A stretch of DNA of 64,000 nt. Source: Halobacteriales archaeon. GTDB taxonomy: Archaea > Halobacteriota > Halobacteria > Halobacteriales > SKNY01. The notes beneath the pieces were generated by a model. The model ran no database searches. It saw only the letters and a program-made list of their open reading frames with translations, and was not told the origin of the DNA. Where the stretch lies: contig SKQO01000036.1 in the NCBI GenBank assembly GCA_007118975.1, positions 28,413-92,412 of the forward strand, written 5' to 3'. Below are positions 9,486 to 19,221 of this stretch, piece by piece; position 1 is the stretch's first letter, and the number at the start of each line of letters is the position of its first letter. A program made the position numbers and the translations under genes.

Positions 9486-10919
9486 TCACGGCCAGGTGGC
9501 ATTTTCGTCGATCGGATAAATTGGACGGGGCACACGTTCGTACGGGATACGGGCCAACACCTGATCCGTGTACCCCCGCGTGAGGGCGAACAAACGTCGC
9601 GCTGCCACGTCCTTCCAAGCTGGACTCAGGTACCCGCTTTTGAGGACGATCAGCCCCTGCTCTTCCGGTGGTAAGTCGAACGTCGAGAGGAAGTCCGGAT
9701 CCCGATGGTAGTTACTCCGCTCGTCGACGAGAATCACGGCCGTGGAACCAATGTCCAGGCGAACGGCATCAATAGGTCCGTCGATGTGGATCGTACGTAC
9801 AGTGCCCGTACACTCGAACGGGTCCGTCTCGGGATAGTGACGGCCGAGAGCGAGCTGTACCGTGGCCCCTTCGCCGGCAGCCATGCATTGGGACACGGCG
9901 GTGTTATCGACGATCGCTGCGACGACCGCGTCCCGCACGTCATCCGACCCAACAATGGTTGCGAGAAACCCCGTAAAATCCTGTGTGCCACCGGCTCCCG
10001 GGATGTCCCCGGTCTCGGCGATCACCACTGGCCGGACAGTCGACTGGGCTGCTTCCCGGAGTGCGGCCGCGGGTTGGTGGGCTTCGGTCGTGAAATCGAA
10101 CGTGTCTCGACAGTCCCAGAAGGCCGTCGCGTACTCCCGGGCTGTAGCTTGCACTGCAGCATGGGCGGCCTCCCCGCCCGTGATGACGGCGTGACACCCC
10201 GCGTGTGGCGAATCCGCCCACGGGAACCCGAGGAAATAATCGACGTTGGCGATCTCCTTGCTCGGGTCCGTCCTCGGTAGCGAGTCGATAAGATCAGTCA
10301 TTGGGGCTGCATCCGTTTCGGAGCGCTCCCCGGCAAGCAGCATCGGGAGCGGTTCCCACCCTACCCGAAAGGATCGATTCGTCGCTACACTCGAGTGCAG
10401 CAAGCGCGCCGCCCGCTCACCGGTTTCGACGACATCCGTGTGTGGCGCCGTCCGGTAGCCGGTGATGGCATCGAGGGTCTCGATCATCGGCTCCGTGATG
10501 GTCGCGTGCATGTCCAGTGCTCCGGCAATGGGGACGTCCGGGCCAACGACATCCCGCAACCGCCGCAGAAATGCTCCCTCAGCGTCCGGCGTGCCCTCGG
10601 CAACCATCGAACCGTGCAAATCCAGGCACACTCCAGCCAGCTCGACGCCCGCACAGCGGTCCAGGAACGCCTGGACGATTCGTTCGTAGGTATGCTCGGC
10701 AACGGTCGGCCCGGGTAAAGCCGTCGCGCCGACAGTCGGATGAAGTTCGTACCCGCGCTCGGTGAGTACGTCAATGATACCCTGGATGGACCGCCCCGCC
10801 GCAAACGAATCGATTACGTCCTTGTCAGTGACGAAGGTGAACTCCTCGAGGGTCGTTTCACCGGGTGCAAACGTGTTGCTTTCGTGGCTGATGGTTCCCA
10901 CCGCGACTGTCTCCGTCAT
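9486..10919 (-). CDS. M81 family metallopeptidase (MlrC/microcystinase C-like)
   Basis: From the internal ATG (complement of 10917-10919): MTETVAVGTISHESNTFAP...VCLDLHGSMV...GALDMHATITEPM...TGYRTAPHTD. This matches the N- and C-terminal MlrC domains. The 62-aa upstream extension is basic junk. Confidence 0.8.
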   Translation of the reverse strand: MTETVAVGTISHESNTFAPGETTLEEFTFVTDKDVIDSFAAGRSIQGIIDVLTERGYELHPTVGATALPGPTVAEHTYERIVQAFLDRCAGVELAGVCLDLHGSMVAEGTPDAEGAFLRRLRDVVGPDVPIAGALDMHATITEPMIETLDAITGYRTAPHTDVVETGERAARLLHSSVATNRSFRVGWEPLPMLLAGERSETDAAPMTDLIDSLPRTDPSKEIANVDYFLGFPWADSPHAGCHAVITGGEAAHAAVQATAREYATAFWDCRDTFDFTTEAHQPAAALREAAQSTVRPVVIAETGDIPGAGGTQDFTGFLATIVGSDDVRDAVVAAIVDNTAVSQCMAAGEGATVQLALGRHYPETDPFECTGTVRTIHIDGPIDAVRLDIGSTAVILVDERSNYHRDPDFLSTFDLPPEEQGLIVLKSGYLSPAWKDVAARRLFALTRGYTDQVLARIPYERVPRPIYPIDENATWP

Positions 10920-11166
10920 GTTCGATCGTTGGCGAAGTGTCTGGCCGCGAGCGAGATAGTCCTTCGGCGAGTGGAATGGTGGATGAAGGATCGCAGAATA
11001 TGCCGCCAGGTGCTTGACCTGCGAGTGTATTGAACGTGCCCGGGATACCGAGGAAAAACTGCCAGCACGGCGTTCGATTCTGCGACGGCCGCGGAACGAT
11101 GTCAACGTCCGTTATTTCCTCGCAGCTGCTGGCCTGCTCGCATCGTTACATCTGGGTGACTTCTCC

Positions 11167-11182
11167 CACGACTAAAGTCGTG
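11167..11182. promoter_or_regulatory. perfect 7-bp inverted repeat (CACGACT-AA-AGTCGTG) in the divergent MlrC/hyuA intergenic region
   Basis: Read directly: cacgactaaagtcgtg, inside the 388-bp divergent spacer (10920-11307). It is a candidate operator, but no regulator gene is adjacent. Confidence 0.25.
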
Positions 11183-11307
11183 AGCTTTCTCCTCGATTCT
11201 GTGTAACCTTCTCCGAAACCGGTGCGTGCAGCGACCGCCACGCAAGTCGCCAACGGCGTCGAGATGTTGACGGAAGCGTTAACCCAGGGACGCCGGTTGT
11301 CACCGGC

Positions 11308-13353
11308 ATGAGCGATAGGTCCCGGCGGCTTGGTATCGACGTTGGTGGGACGTTTACCGACGTCGTCGCCGCAGGGGAAGATGGTTTCTCGGTCACGAAG
11401 GTCCCGAGTACCCCGGGAGCGCCGGAGGAAGGAGTTCTTTCGGGCGTCACGGAAAGCGAGGTCGAGCTCGAACGGGTGGGGCTGCTGGCCCACGGGACAA
11501 CGGTCGCCACGAACGCCGTCCTGGAACACAACTGGGCGCGGACCGCTCTCGTGACGACAGCGGGCTTCCGTGACGTCCTCGAGATCGGTCGCCAACACCG
11601 GCCGTCACTGTACGATCTCCGCGTCGAAGGGCCGACACCGATCGTCCCCCGACAGCGTCGGCTGGAGGTAGCCGAACGCATCGATGAACGAGGCGCCGTA
11701 CAAACCCCCTTAGACCCGTCGTCGATCGACGAAATTGTCGACCGAGTCGAGGATGCCGAGGTCGAAAGTGTCGCGATTAGCTTCCTATTTGCCTACGAGA
11801 ACGATGAACACGAGCGACGGCTCGCCGAGGCTTTCGACGATTCGGATAGCTGTATCTCCATCTCCCGATCGAGTGTCGTCCTCCCGGAGATCAGGGAGTA
11901 CGAACGGACGCTCGCGACGGCCCTGAATGCCGGCCTCAAACCGGTGATGGATCGGTATATTGGCCGACTGGAGGGGCAACTCGAGGATGCGGGGTTGACA
12001 GCCCCACTACGGATCATGCAATCCAATGGAGGAATTATTGGGGCCGACTTTGCCAGGGAGCGACCGATCAACACGCTCCTATCGGGTCCGGCCGCCGGAG
12101 TCCAGGGAGCTGCCGCGGTGGCGGCACGTGCCGACTTCGAGAACATCATTACGATTGATATGGGGGGGACCTCATGTGACGTCTCGCTCGTCGAGCAGGG
12201 AGATGCCGTCGTTTCGACGGACGTGACGGTGGGGGAATATCCCGTCAGCGTCCCGATGGTCGACATCCATACGATCGGCGCCGGCGGCGGATCGATCGCG
12301 TGGGTGGACGCCGGTGGCGCGCTCCGGGTAGGCCCACAGAGCGCCGGGGCCGAGCCAGGCCCCGTCAGCTACGGTCGCGGCGGCCGAAAACCGACAGTAA
12401 CCGACGCCCAGGTGGTACTGGGTCGGATCGAGCCGGCATCATTTCTGCCGGCCGCCCTCGAACCAGCGCCAGCGGCTGCTCGCGAGGTAATCGCGACTGA
12501 CATCGCGGAGCCGCTCGATCGAACCGTCGAGGAGGCCGCGATGGGCATGATCGAGGTGGCCAACGCGAACATGGAACGGGCCATTCGGGTTGTCTCCGTC
12601 GAGCGAGGACACGATCCCCGATCCTTTGCCCTCGTCGCATTCGGCGGCGCCGGGCCGCTCCACGCCCCCGCAATCGCACGATCCCTCGACATTCCAAGCG
12701 TCGTGATTCCGCGTGCCGCTGGCGTCCTGTCTGCTCTCGGCTTACTCGTCACGAATCTCACTCACGAGTTCAGCCGTTCTCAGGTACGTCCGTGGGAGGA
12801 GGTGGAGGCGGAGACGCTTCGCGAGACGATCGCGGAGTTTGCCGCCACCGGTCGCGAACGACTTCGTGAATCGGGGCAGGAAGCCGGTGCTATCGAGGTG
12901 GCACAATCGGTAGACGTGCGGTACGCGGGCCAATCGTCCTCCCTTTCGATCCCCGTTGAAGGAACGGTCGACGAGGCAGCACTGGATCGAGTCGCGGAAC
13001 GATTTCACGACAGCCATCGACGTCGGTATGGGCACGCCGCACCGGAAGAGCGCATCGAACTCGAGACTATCCGAGTGCGCGTGCGACGATTGGTTGAGCC
13101 CCCGGAACTCCGCATCGAGGAGGACTCCTCACGCGCCATCTCGCCCACCTCGAAACGGGAGGTCCGCTACCCCTCAGGTGAACACGACACCGAGGTATAC
13201 GACAGATCGGCGCTCTACCCCGGGGTGAACATCCAGGGCCCCGCAATCATCGGGGGAGCAGAGAGTACGGTCCTCCTCTATCCGGACCAACGAGGCCGCG
13301 TCGATGAGTACGGATCGATCCTCGTCGAACAGGTGGGGGGCGAAGGGGTATGA
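11308..13353 (+). CDS. hyuA: hydantoinase/oxoprolinase family protein, A subunit (HyuA-like)
   Basis: RLGIDVGGTFTDVV at the N-terminus, 681 aa, internal DMGGTSCDVS. Typical hydantoinase_A/oxoprolinase architecture. The stop overlaps the hyuB start (ATGA at 13350). Confidence 0.9.
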   Translation: MSDRSRRLGIDVGGTFTDVVAAGEDGFSVTKVPSTPGAPEEGVLSGVTESEVELERVGLLAHGTTVATNAVLEHNWARTALVTTAGFRDVLEIGRQHRPSLYDLRVEGPTPIVPRQRRLEVAERIDERGAVQTPLDPSSIDEIVDRVEDAEVESVAISFLFAYENDEHERRLAEAFDDSDSCISISRSSVVLPEIREYERTLATALNAGLKPVMDRYIGRLEGQLEDAGLTAPLRIMQSNGGIIGADFARERPINTLLSGPAAGVQGAAAVAARADFENIITIDMGGTSCDVSLVEQGDAVVSTDVTVGEYPVSVPMVDIHTIGAGGGSIAWVDAGGALRVGPQSAGAEPGPVSYGRGGRKPTVTDAQVVLGRIEPASFLPAALEPAPAAAREVIATDIAEPLDRTVEEAAMGMIEVANANMERAIRVVSVERGHDPRSFALVAFGGAGPLHAPAIARSLDIPSVVIPRAAGVLSALGLLVTNLTHEFSRSQVRPWEEVEAETLRETIAEFAATGRERLRESGQEAGAIEVAQSVDVRYAGQSSSLSIPVEGTVDEAALDRVAERFHDSHRRRYGHAAPEERIELETIRVRVRRLVEPPELRIEEDSSRAISPTSKREVRYPSGEHDTEVYDRSALYPGVNIQGPAIIGGAESTVLLYPDQRGRVDEYGSILVEQVGGEGV

Positions 13354-15014
13354 CGATCGATCCGATCACCCTCGAGGTGATCCGGAACGGGCTAGTCGCG
13401 GTAGCGGAGGAGATGAATGCGAACCTGATCCGGACGGGATACTCCCCGAATATCAAGGAACGCCAGGACTGCTCGTGTGCGGTGTTCGATGCATCGGGCG
13501 ATATGGTCAGTCAGGCAGAAAACATTCCCGTGCATCTCGGGGCGATGCCCTTTTCCGTCGCGGCGGCGATCGACGAGTTCCCGATCGAGACGCTCGCACC
13601 GGGTGACGGGATCCTCTTGAACGATCCGTTCCGGGGTGGTGCTCATCTCCCGGACCTGACCCTGATCACCCCGATCTTCGTCGAGGGAACGCTCACCGCC
13701 TTCGCCGCCAACCGCGCACACCACGCCGATGTCGGTGGCTCCCGGGCGGGAAGCGTCGCGGCCGATTCCAGTGAGATCTATCAGGAGGGGATCCGGATCC
13801 CACCGGTCAGGCTGTTGGAGAAGGATCGACTCGTCGAGGACGTCGTGGCCATGATCCTGGCAAACACTCGTGCGCCTGACGAACGACGTGGTGACCTCCG
13901 AGCGCAAGCGGCGGCAAATCGGACCGGTCGTCGTCGGGTCGAAGAGCTCGTGACTCGCCACGGAGCGGACACAATTCGGGAGGCAACCGAGGCGGTGAAG
14001 ACGTACTCCGAGCGACGCATGCGAAGTGAAATTGCCGGAATTCCCGACGGCACCTACGAATTTTCGGACGTGATCGAGGACGATGGCCGGGGGAACACGG
14101 ACCTAACGATCGCAGTCGAAGTCCGCATCGACGGGGAGACGGTCGCCGTGGATTTCGAGGGGTGCGACGCGCAAACGGAAGGAGCAGTGAACGCCGTGTT
14201 CGCCGTGACCGCCTCCGCTACCTACTACGCTCTCCGGTGTCTGACCGACCCCGAAATCCCCCCGAACGCCGGGTGTTACCGCCCGATCGACATCTCGGCA
14301 CCCAGCGGGAGCATCGTGCATGCAGAACCGCCGGCCGCCGTGGTGGGTGGAAACCTCGAAACCTCACAACGAATCGTCGACGTTATCCTCGGTGCCTTCG
14401 CCGGGGCGGATCCCGATCGGACCGTCGCGGCAAGTCAGGGGACAATGAACAACGTCACTCTGGGCGGGGTCGACAACGCGGGGCAGGAGTACGCATTCTA
14501 CGAGACACAGGCCGGGGGCTACGGCGCGAGCGGTGGGCAAGACGGCATGGACGGGGTACAGGTCCACATGACGAACACCAGGAACACACCGATAGAGGTC
14601 CTCGAAACGGCCTATCCACTACGGGTTCGACGATACTCGTATCGGCCCGATTCCGGCGGTGCAGGGGAATTTCGTGGCGGTCTCGGATTGCGCCGAGACA
14701 TCGAGGTACAGGGGGAGACAACGACGTGTAGCTTGCTCGCGGAGCGACGGCGGCGGGCTCCATTCGGCATCGCCGGCGGTGGACCCGGAGAGCGAGGGGA
14801 AGATTACATCAACCAGGAGGGTGATTGGGAACGGATCGAGGCGAAATCGACCCACCAGTTAACCACGGGAGATGTGTTGAGCGTCCGGACGCCGGGTGGT
14901 GGTGGGTTTGGCGACCCCGACGACCGGGCACTGGCCGCTATCGATCGAGATCTGCGAGAGGGGAAGCTCACCCAGGAGGCCGCGGCGGAAACGTACGGTT
15001 ACCGGGTGGAGTGA
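13350..15014 (+). CDS. hyuB: hydantoinase B/oxoprolinase family protein (HyuB-like)
   Basis: MTIDPITLEVIRNGLVAVAEEMNANLIRTGYSPNIKERQDCSCAVFD...NDPFRGGAHLPD...GGGFGDP. This is the canonical HyuB pattern. It is translationally coupled to hyuA. Confidence 0.9.
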   Translation: MTIDPITLEVIRNGLVAVAEEMNANLIRTGYSPNIKERQDCSCAVFDASGDMVSQAENIPVHLGAMPFSVAAAIDEFPIETLAPGDGILLNDPFRGGAHLPDLTLITPIFVEGTLTAFAANRAHHADVGGSRAGSVAADSSEIYQEGIRIPPVRLLEKDRLVEDVVAMILANTRAPDERRGDLRAQAAANRTGRRRVEELVTRHGADTIREATEAVKTYSERRMRSEIAGIPDGTYEFSDVIEDDGRGNTDLTIAVEVRIDGETVAVDFEGCDAQTEGAVNAVFAVTASATYYALRCLTDPEIPPNAGCYRPIDISAPSGSIVHAEPPAAVVGGNLETSQRIVDVILGAFAGADPDRTVAASQGTMNNVTLGGVDNAGQEYAFYETQAGGYGASGGQDGMDGVQVHMTNTRNTPIEVLETAYPLRVRRYSYRPDSGGAGEFRGGLGLRRDIEVQGETTTCSLLAERRRRAPFGIAGGGPGERGEDYINQEGDWERIEAKSTHQLTTGDVLSVRTPGGGGFGDPDDRALAAIDRDLREGKLTQEAAAETYGYRVE

Positions 15015-15016
15015 CC

Positions 15017-15421
15017 CTACGGCATCCACTCGTCCATCCGCGTCTGGGGCGATTCTCGGCCTCCGGGCTCCGTATCGGGCTCCTCAACTGCTTGCAAGCG
15101 ACTCTGGGGGTAGTCGTACGTCTTTGGGTTGAGGCTCCACTCCGCGGCAAAGTTCCGAAGTCTATGCGGGATCTCCGTCCGCTGCCACGTCCGCCAGCGA
15201 TCCCCGACGTTGCGGTCGAGCCACGTGACGTGGATGCACCGCACGACAGGATCATCCGCGGAATATGACGGATTGACGGCCGCAACCGTGGCGTCCAGTG
15301 CCGGGATTTCGACCGTAGCTGCCGGCCCGCGATTCGGATCGAGGACCACCAGCTGGTCGGCCTCCTCGGCCTCAATGTCGGTAACACGATCCCCGATCCC
15401 GTACTCCACGCGGTCTGTCAT
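15017..15421 (-). CDS. conserved haloarchaeal hypothetical protein
   Basis: 134-aa acidic ORF (..VAAVNPSYSADDPVVRCIHVTWLD...YDYPQSRL..) resembling a recurrent halophile-only family. No catalytic motif. Confidence 0.55.
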   Translation of the reverse strand: MTDRVEYGIGDRVTDIEAEEADQLVVLDPNRGPAATVEIPALDATVAAVNPSYSADDPVVRCIHVTWLDRNVGDRWRTWQRTEIPHRLRNFAAEWSLNPKTYDYPQSRLQAVEEPDTEPGGRESPQTRMDEWMP

Positions 15422-15538
15422 TCCTTACGGTGGAGTGTTGGTCGTCACCAGGGATAGCTTGCAGGGCGACGGCGGGTGTGACCGATCCCATCGAGGAACC
15501 TAGTTCTAGGCGGGCCCGTATCGAAGGTGGCGTCTAGT

Positions 15539-15700
15539 ATGAAGTTTCGTCACGAACGAATCGATGATAATCCACCGTGTTCCCGACAGATGTGCTGTCT
15601 GCCGACCGATCTGACTGGAAACGGGCTCCTCGACATCGTGGGGAAAAACGATACGGCGGACCCACACGTCGATGTGTGGTACAACGAAACGCCACGGTAG
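15539..15700 (+). pseudogene. FG-GAP/VCBS-repeat protein relic (53-aa mini-ORF, probable internal deletion)
   Basis: MKFRHERIDDNPPCSRQMCCLPTDLTGNGLLDIVGKNDTADPHVDVWYNETPR. The N-terminus (M.F..H.IDD.PP) and the single D.TGNG..DIV repeat plus a ..VW/WYNE end look like the two ends of a ~400-aa FG-GAP/VCBS protein joined together. Confidence 0.3.
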
Positions 15701-15703
15701 CCC

Positions 15704-16639
15704 TCAATCGATCAGGGCGAGTGCGTTACCTGCTCTCACCTGCTCGAATTCATCTCCGTCGAGACCGAGTTGCTCGACGTAGTTGTAGTACGACTGGACG
15801 ACGTTGAACGGGAGCTTCGCACTGAATGAGAGATGCGCCGGGCCGACCTCCCGTGCCCGGTGTTCGTAGTAAATGAACAATCCGTCGAGACAGAAGACGG
15901 TCCGTCCCTCGTGCGTTTCGTTGCGTAACCAGTGGTGTCACCCCCCGCGAGTTTTCCGACCCCGGGGACGGGCCACCCGTCCGTCCCGAACACGAGCCGC
16001 TCGGGTCCCTGCTTCACGGCCGCCTGATCGAGTTTTCCCTGTTCGCAGTCCGACGCGGATGTATCCAGATGCGCGTTATCGAGGTCGGTCACGTTGCGGA
16101 ACCGTCGTTCCCTGTCGCCCCCGGCGCGGATATGCCCGGAAATGAGCGTCAGCTCGGGCTACCGTTCGGCAACCTCGCGAACGTGGGCCGTCTGTGAGTC
16201 GTACGGCGCCACCTCTTCGAGGTGTTCCCGGGTTCGTGGAGTGACGTGGGCGATCACGGGGACGTCAAGCTCAACCGCCGCCTGGAGGAGTGGATCGACG
16301 GCAGCAGCCGAAATCGACTGTTTGAATCGGTCGGAATGGTACTTTAGGCCGACGAACCATCCTTCTAGACTGCACGACGGAACTCCCGCACCGCGCCGTC
16401 TCCCCAACGAGGGTCGATGTAGACCCACGCGTAGCCCAAGTCCGGGTGTTCACCGAGGAGCGCAGCGGTCTGTCTGTTGCGCTCGATCGTTCCCGCGAGC
16501 TCATCAGCGGGATACGGCATCAACGTGAATCGTGCGATGCCGAGGGGACCCGTCTCCTGGCGCATCCCTTCGGCGTTTGCTTTCCTAGCCGCTGGCGTCG
16601 AAAGATCCGCGGATCGCAGGTGCTGATGACGATCTATCG
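15704..16639 (-). pseudogene. amidohydrolase-2 family (metal-dependent hydrolase) pseudogene
   Basis: The reading has to be assembled from three frames: ..TIDRHQHL..(HxH)..GDGAVREFRRAV | LEGWFVGLKYHSDRF...DVPVIAHV...AHVREVAER*PELTLISGH...LVFGTDGWP | ..HWLRNETHEGRTVF...YYNYVEQLGLDGDEFEQVRAGNALALID*. Four lesions are seen. There is no ATG/GTG/TTG at the expected start (ACG ATA). There is a frameshift near 16365-16372. There is an in-frame TAG at 16159-16161. There is a frameshift at or next to the C6/G6 run at 15941-15946. Confidence 0.75.
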
Positions 16640-16725
16640 TACGGGCTGTTTCTATCGCCAGAAATAGCTCCTTTAGAGCAAACTCGCGGGGGATGTTACC
16701 AACCTGCGTGCGCGCCAATCCGTCG

Positions 16726-17661
16726 TTACGTGACGCGCCGAAACTTGTGGATGGCCCGGGTTCCCAGATCAACACCGGCGTACGTCTGGCCCACCTCACC
16801 GACGTAGACGTCTCCATGGGAATCGACAGCCACCGAATGTGGTGCAACGAAGAGCGGGTCGTCGGACGAGTGGGTGTTATTTCCCCAACGCGTGTGGATT
16901 CGTCCCTCACGGCCGTACACGCTGATTCGGCAGGCAAGTTCGGAGACGAACACGGTGTCACCTGCGATGGCGACATCGGTCGGGCGAATCAGCTGAATCC
17001 AGTCGCCCAACACGTGGCCCTGCGTGTCGAAGCGTTGGACGCGAGAGTTCTCGCGATCGGCCACCCAGAGTTGCCCCGAAGAATCGTGTTCGATTGCGTG
17101 GGGAACCCGGAACTGCCCGAGCGACGCGCCCGGCTCTCCCCAGGAGTCTTGCAGTCTCCCGTCCGGCGAGAACGCGTGGATCCTTGCGTTTCCGTATCCG
17201 TCGGCCACGAAAGTGGTCCCGTCATCGAGGACCGTGACCCCGGTCGGTCGGTTGAACGGACCCGCACTTTGCCGGATTGATGCCACCTGTTCGAAGTAAT
17301 CATCGGCTGGTCGAAACCCGGTGTCGCTCGCCTCACCTTCGGTCCCCAGGGTCCCGAGGAGCTCGCCCGAACGCGAAAACGTCCGCACGGTGTGATTACC
17401 GTCGTCCGTGCAGTGGATGTTCCCGTCCGGGCCGATGGTCATCCCGTGCGGCCGCTCCGAGAAATGTGCCTCTCCCCATCCTTGCACCCGATCACCCGCA
17501 GGCGTGAACTCCATCACCGGCTTTTCGCTCCGGTTGAGCACCCAGACGTGATCCCGCTCGTCGATACACACCCGACAGACGTCGACGAAGGATTCCTCGG
17601 CCGGCAAGGTGGCCCAGTCATCGACGTGTTCGTACACGAACTCACCGCTCCCGTATTCCAT
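16726..17661 (-). CDS. NHL repeat-containing six-bladed beta-propeller protein (peptidyl-alpha-hydroxyglycine lyase-like)
   Basis: Repeated ..PHG/PTGV..D..G...V.D..N.R...F.. blades (FNRPTGVTVLDDGTTFVADGYGNARIHAF; FRVPHAIEHDSSGQLWVADRENSRVQRF; PHSVAVDSHGDVYVGEV). The ATG is at 17661. Confidence 0.8.
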   Translation of the reverse strand: MEYGSGEFVYEHVDDWATLPAEESFVDVCRVCIDERDHVWVLNRSEKPVMEFTPAGDRVQGWGEAHFSERPHGMTIGPDGNIHCTDDGNHTVRTFSRSGELLGTLGTEGEASDTGFRPADDYFEQVASIRQSAGPFNRPTGVTVLDDGTTFVADGYGNARIHAFSPDGRLQDSWGEPGASLGQFRVPHAIEHDSSGQLWVADRENSRVQRFDTQGHVLGDWIQLIRPTDVAIAGDTVFVSELACRISVYGREGRIHTRWGNNTHSSDDPLFVAPHSVAVDSHGDVYVGEVGQTYAGVDLGTRAIHKFRRVT

Positions 17662-17717
17662 CAGCCACACCCATTATCGGGAGCCTCATTAACGCTCACA
17701 TCCGCGATGGCGGGTCC

Positions 17718-18764
17718 TTACGCAAGCGTCGGATCGATGATCAACCGGCCGACGGAATCCCCCGTGTGGAGACGCTCCACGGCCGCCGACAGTTCCGAGA
17801 GTGCAAATCGCTCCCCTATCGCCGGGGAGGGGTCGACGCGGTCGGCAGCGAGTAACTCGACGATCGTTCGGAGTTCGTCGCGCGTGTGATCACCCGAGAC
17901 CATGAGCTGCCCCTCGCGAAGCCCCCAGTATTCCGCCTCAAGCGGGGCCTCTTGGAGCCCCACGCTCACTGCGGTCCCTGATTCGTACTTGTTGGAACCG
18001 TTGATGGCGTCGATCGCAGCCGCCATCGCGTCCGGTCGACCGGAACACTCGAGCGAGACGTCAACGCCGTAACCATCGGTGACCTCATCAATTACTGCCC
18101 GAGCTGCCCCATCCGCGGGATCTACCAGCTTCGTCGCACCGAGTTCGGCCGCGAGATCGCGGCGTGCACCGACTGGTTCGATCGCGATCACCTCCCGGGC
18201 CCCGCGGAACGCCGCCCACAGGATGGCTTGACTCCCCACGCCCCCAGCCCCGAAGACAGCGACGGTGTCGCCGACGGAGAGATTCGATCGCTCGACGGCG
18301 TGAAAGCCCGTCGCGCCGGCACACCCCATCAAGGATCCCCATTCGTACGGGATGCTGTCCGGCATGGTGACGACACTCCGTTCGTGGACCGTGATGGCTT
18401 CGGCAAACGTCCCATCCACAGCCGCGCCGATCGATTCCCGATGCCGACAGCGGTTCTCTCGACCCCGCATACACCATTTGCACGATCCACAGGAGTCGAC
18501 GTAGTGGATGATCACCCGGTCACCCACGGCGACTGAATCGACCTCTTCCCCGATCTCGACGACCTCCCCGGCACCTTCGTGTCCGATCGTTAGCGGGACG
18601 GTATCCGGCGCAGAGTCGCTATCGGGATCGAGATAATGAACATCCGAACCACACAACCCGGCGGCCTTGATCTCGACCAGCACCTCGTCGACGGACGGCC
18701 GGGGCCGCTCGACATCCGCGATGACGACCCCGTCTTCCTTTCCCTGAAATCGAGCTGCACGCAT
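17718..18764 (-). CDS. zinc-dependent alcohol dehydrogenase family protein (sorbitol/threonine dehydrogenase-like)
   Basis: GLCGSDVH, GHEGAGEVVEIG, structural-zinc cluster DSCGSCKWCMRGRENRC, and Rossmann VFGAGGVG. The start was set to MRAARFQG (complement of 18762-18764). Confidence 0.9.
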   Translation of the reverse strand: MRAARFQGKEDGVVIADVERPRPSVDEVLVEIKAAGLCGSDVHYLDPDSDSAPDTVPLTIGHEGAGEVVEIGEEVDSVAVGDRVIIHYVDSCGSCKWCMRGRENRCRHRESIGAAVDGTFAEAITVHERSVVTMPDSIPYEWGSLMGCAGATGFHAVERSNLSVGDTVAVFGAGGVGSQAILWAAFRGAREVIAIEPVGARRDLAAELGATKLVDPADGAARAVIDEVTDGYGVDVSLECSGRPDAMAAAIDAINGSNKYESGTAVSVGLQEAPLEAEYWGLREGQLMVSGDHTRDELRTIVELLAADRVDPSPAIGERFALSELSAAVERLHTGDSVGRLIIDPTLA

Positions 18765-19027
18765 GTGGGCGCTGATGTGGAGTGCCCCCATAAGTGTGCG
18801 CGACCGGGCGGACGGCCCGTATCCCTCCACGCCGGTCCGCAGGGCCCGACGTGCACCTCGACGGGTATCGTGCTTGGTTGTCCCCCCGCAAATTACCGGA
18901 GAGCAACCGAGCAATCGACCCGGTATCGCCGACGTGCGAGTTCCCGTACTCGCGGACTCGATTCATCGGGTGCGTACCTCACGATTTTGTCCATATGTCA
19001 TTATATGTCCTTTATGGATTAAGTTTA

Positions 19028-19033
19028 TTTATA
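19028..19033 (+). promoter_or_regulatory. TATA box candidate (TTTATA) for the leaderless zinc-ribbon gene
   Basis: AT-rich tttatttatatt ends 25 nt upstream of ATG 19058. This spacing is typical for haloarchaeal leaderless transcripts. Confidence 0.45.
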
Positions 19034-19057
19034 TTCCCGCACAACCAGCAGGTGTTG

Positions 19058-19204
19058 ATGATCCACGATATCCCAACCGAGTCGGCGAATGAATCTACCT
19101 ATGAGTGTCTCCAGTGCGGCGATCTCGTCACAGCCCCTGTCCACCCCGGTGTTTGTGACTCCTGCGGGAGCGAGATGCAAAACCGCGCGATGTCCCTGGA
19201 ATAG
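19058..19204 (+). CDS. small zinc-ribbon protein (48 aa)
   Basis: [48 protein letters not shown] contains two CxxC pairs (rubredoxin/zinc-ribbon-like). A TATA box lies at -25. It is the 3' part of a longer track ORF (18794..19204) whose upstream part is junk. Confidence 0.6.
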   Translation: MIHDIPTESANESTYECLQCGDLVTAPVHPGVCDSCGSEMQNRAMSLE

Positions 19205-19221
19205 CGTCGTTCCTGATAACG

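Noticed and set aside
16159-16161. In-frame TAG in the amidohydrolase reading frame as possible pyrrolysine or read-through
   Set aside because: The gene also has two frameshifts and no start codon. The pyrrolysine machinery is known from methanogens, not Halobacteria, and none is seen here. A nonsense mutation (Tyr codon to TAG) in a pseudogene is the simple explanation.
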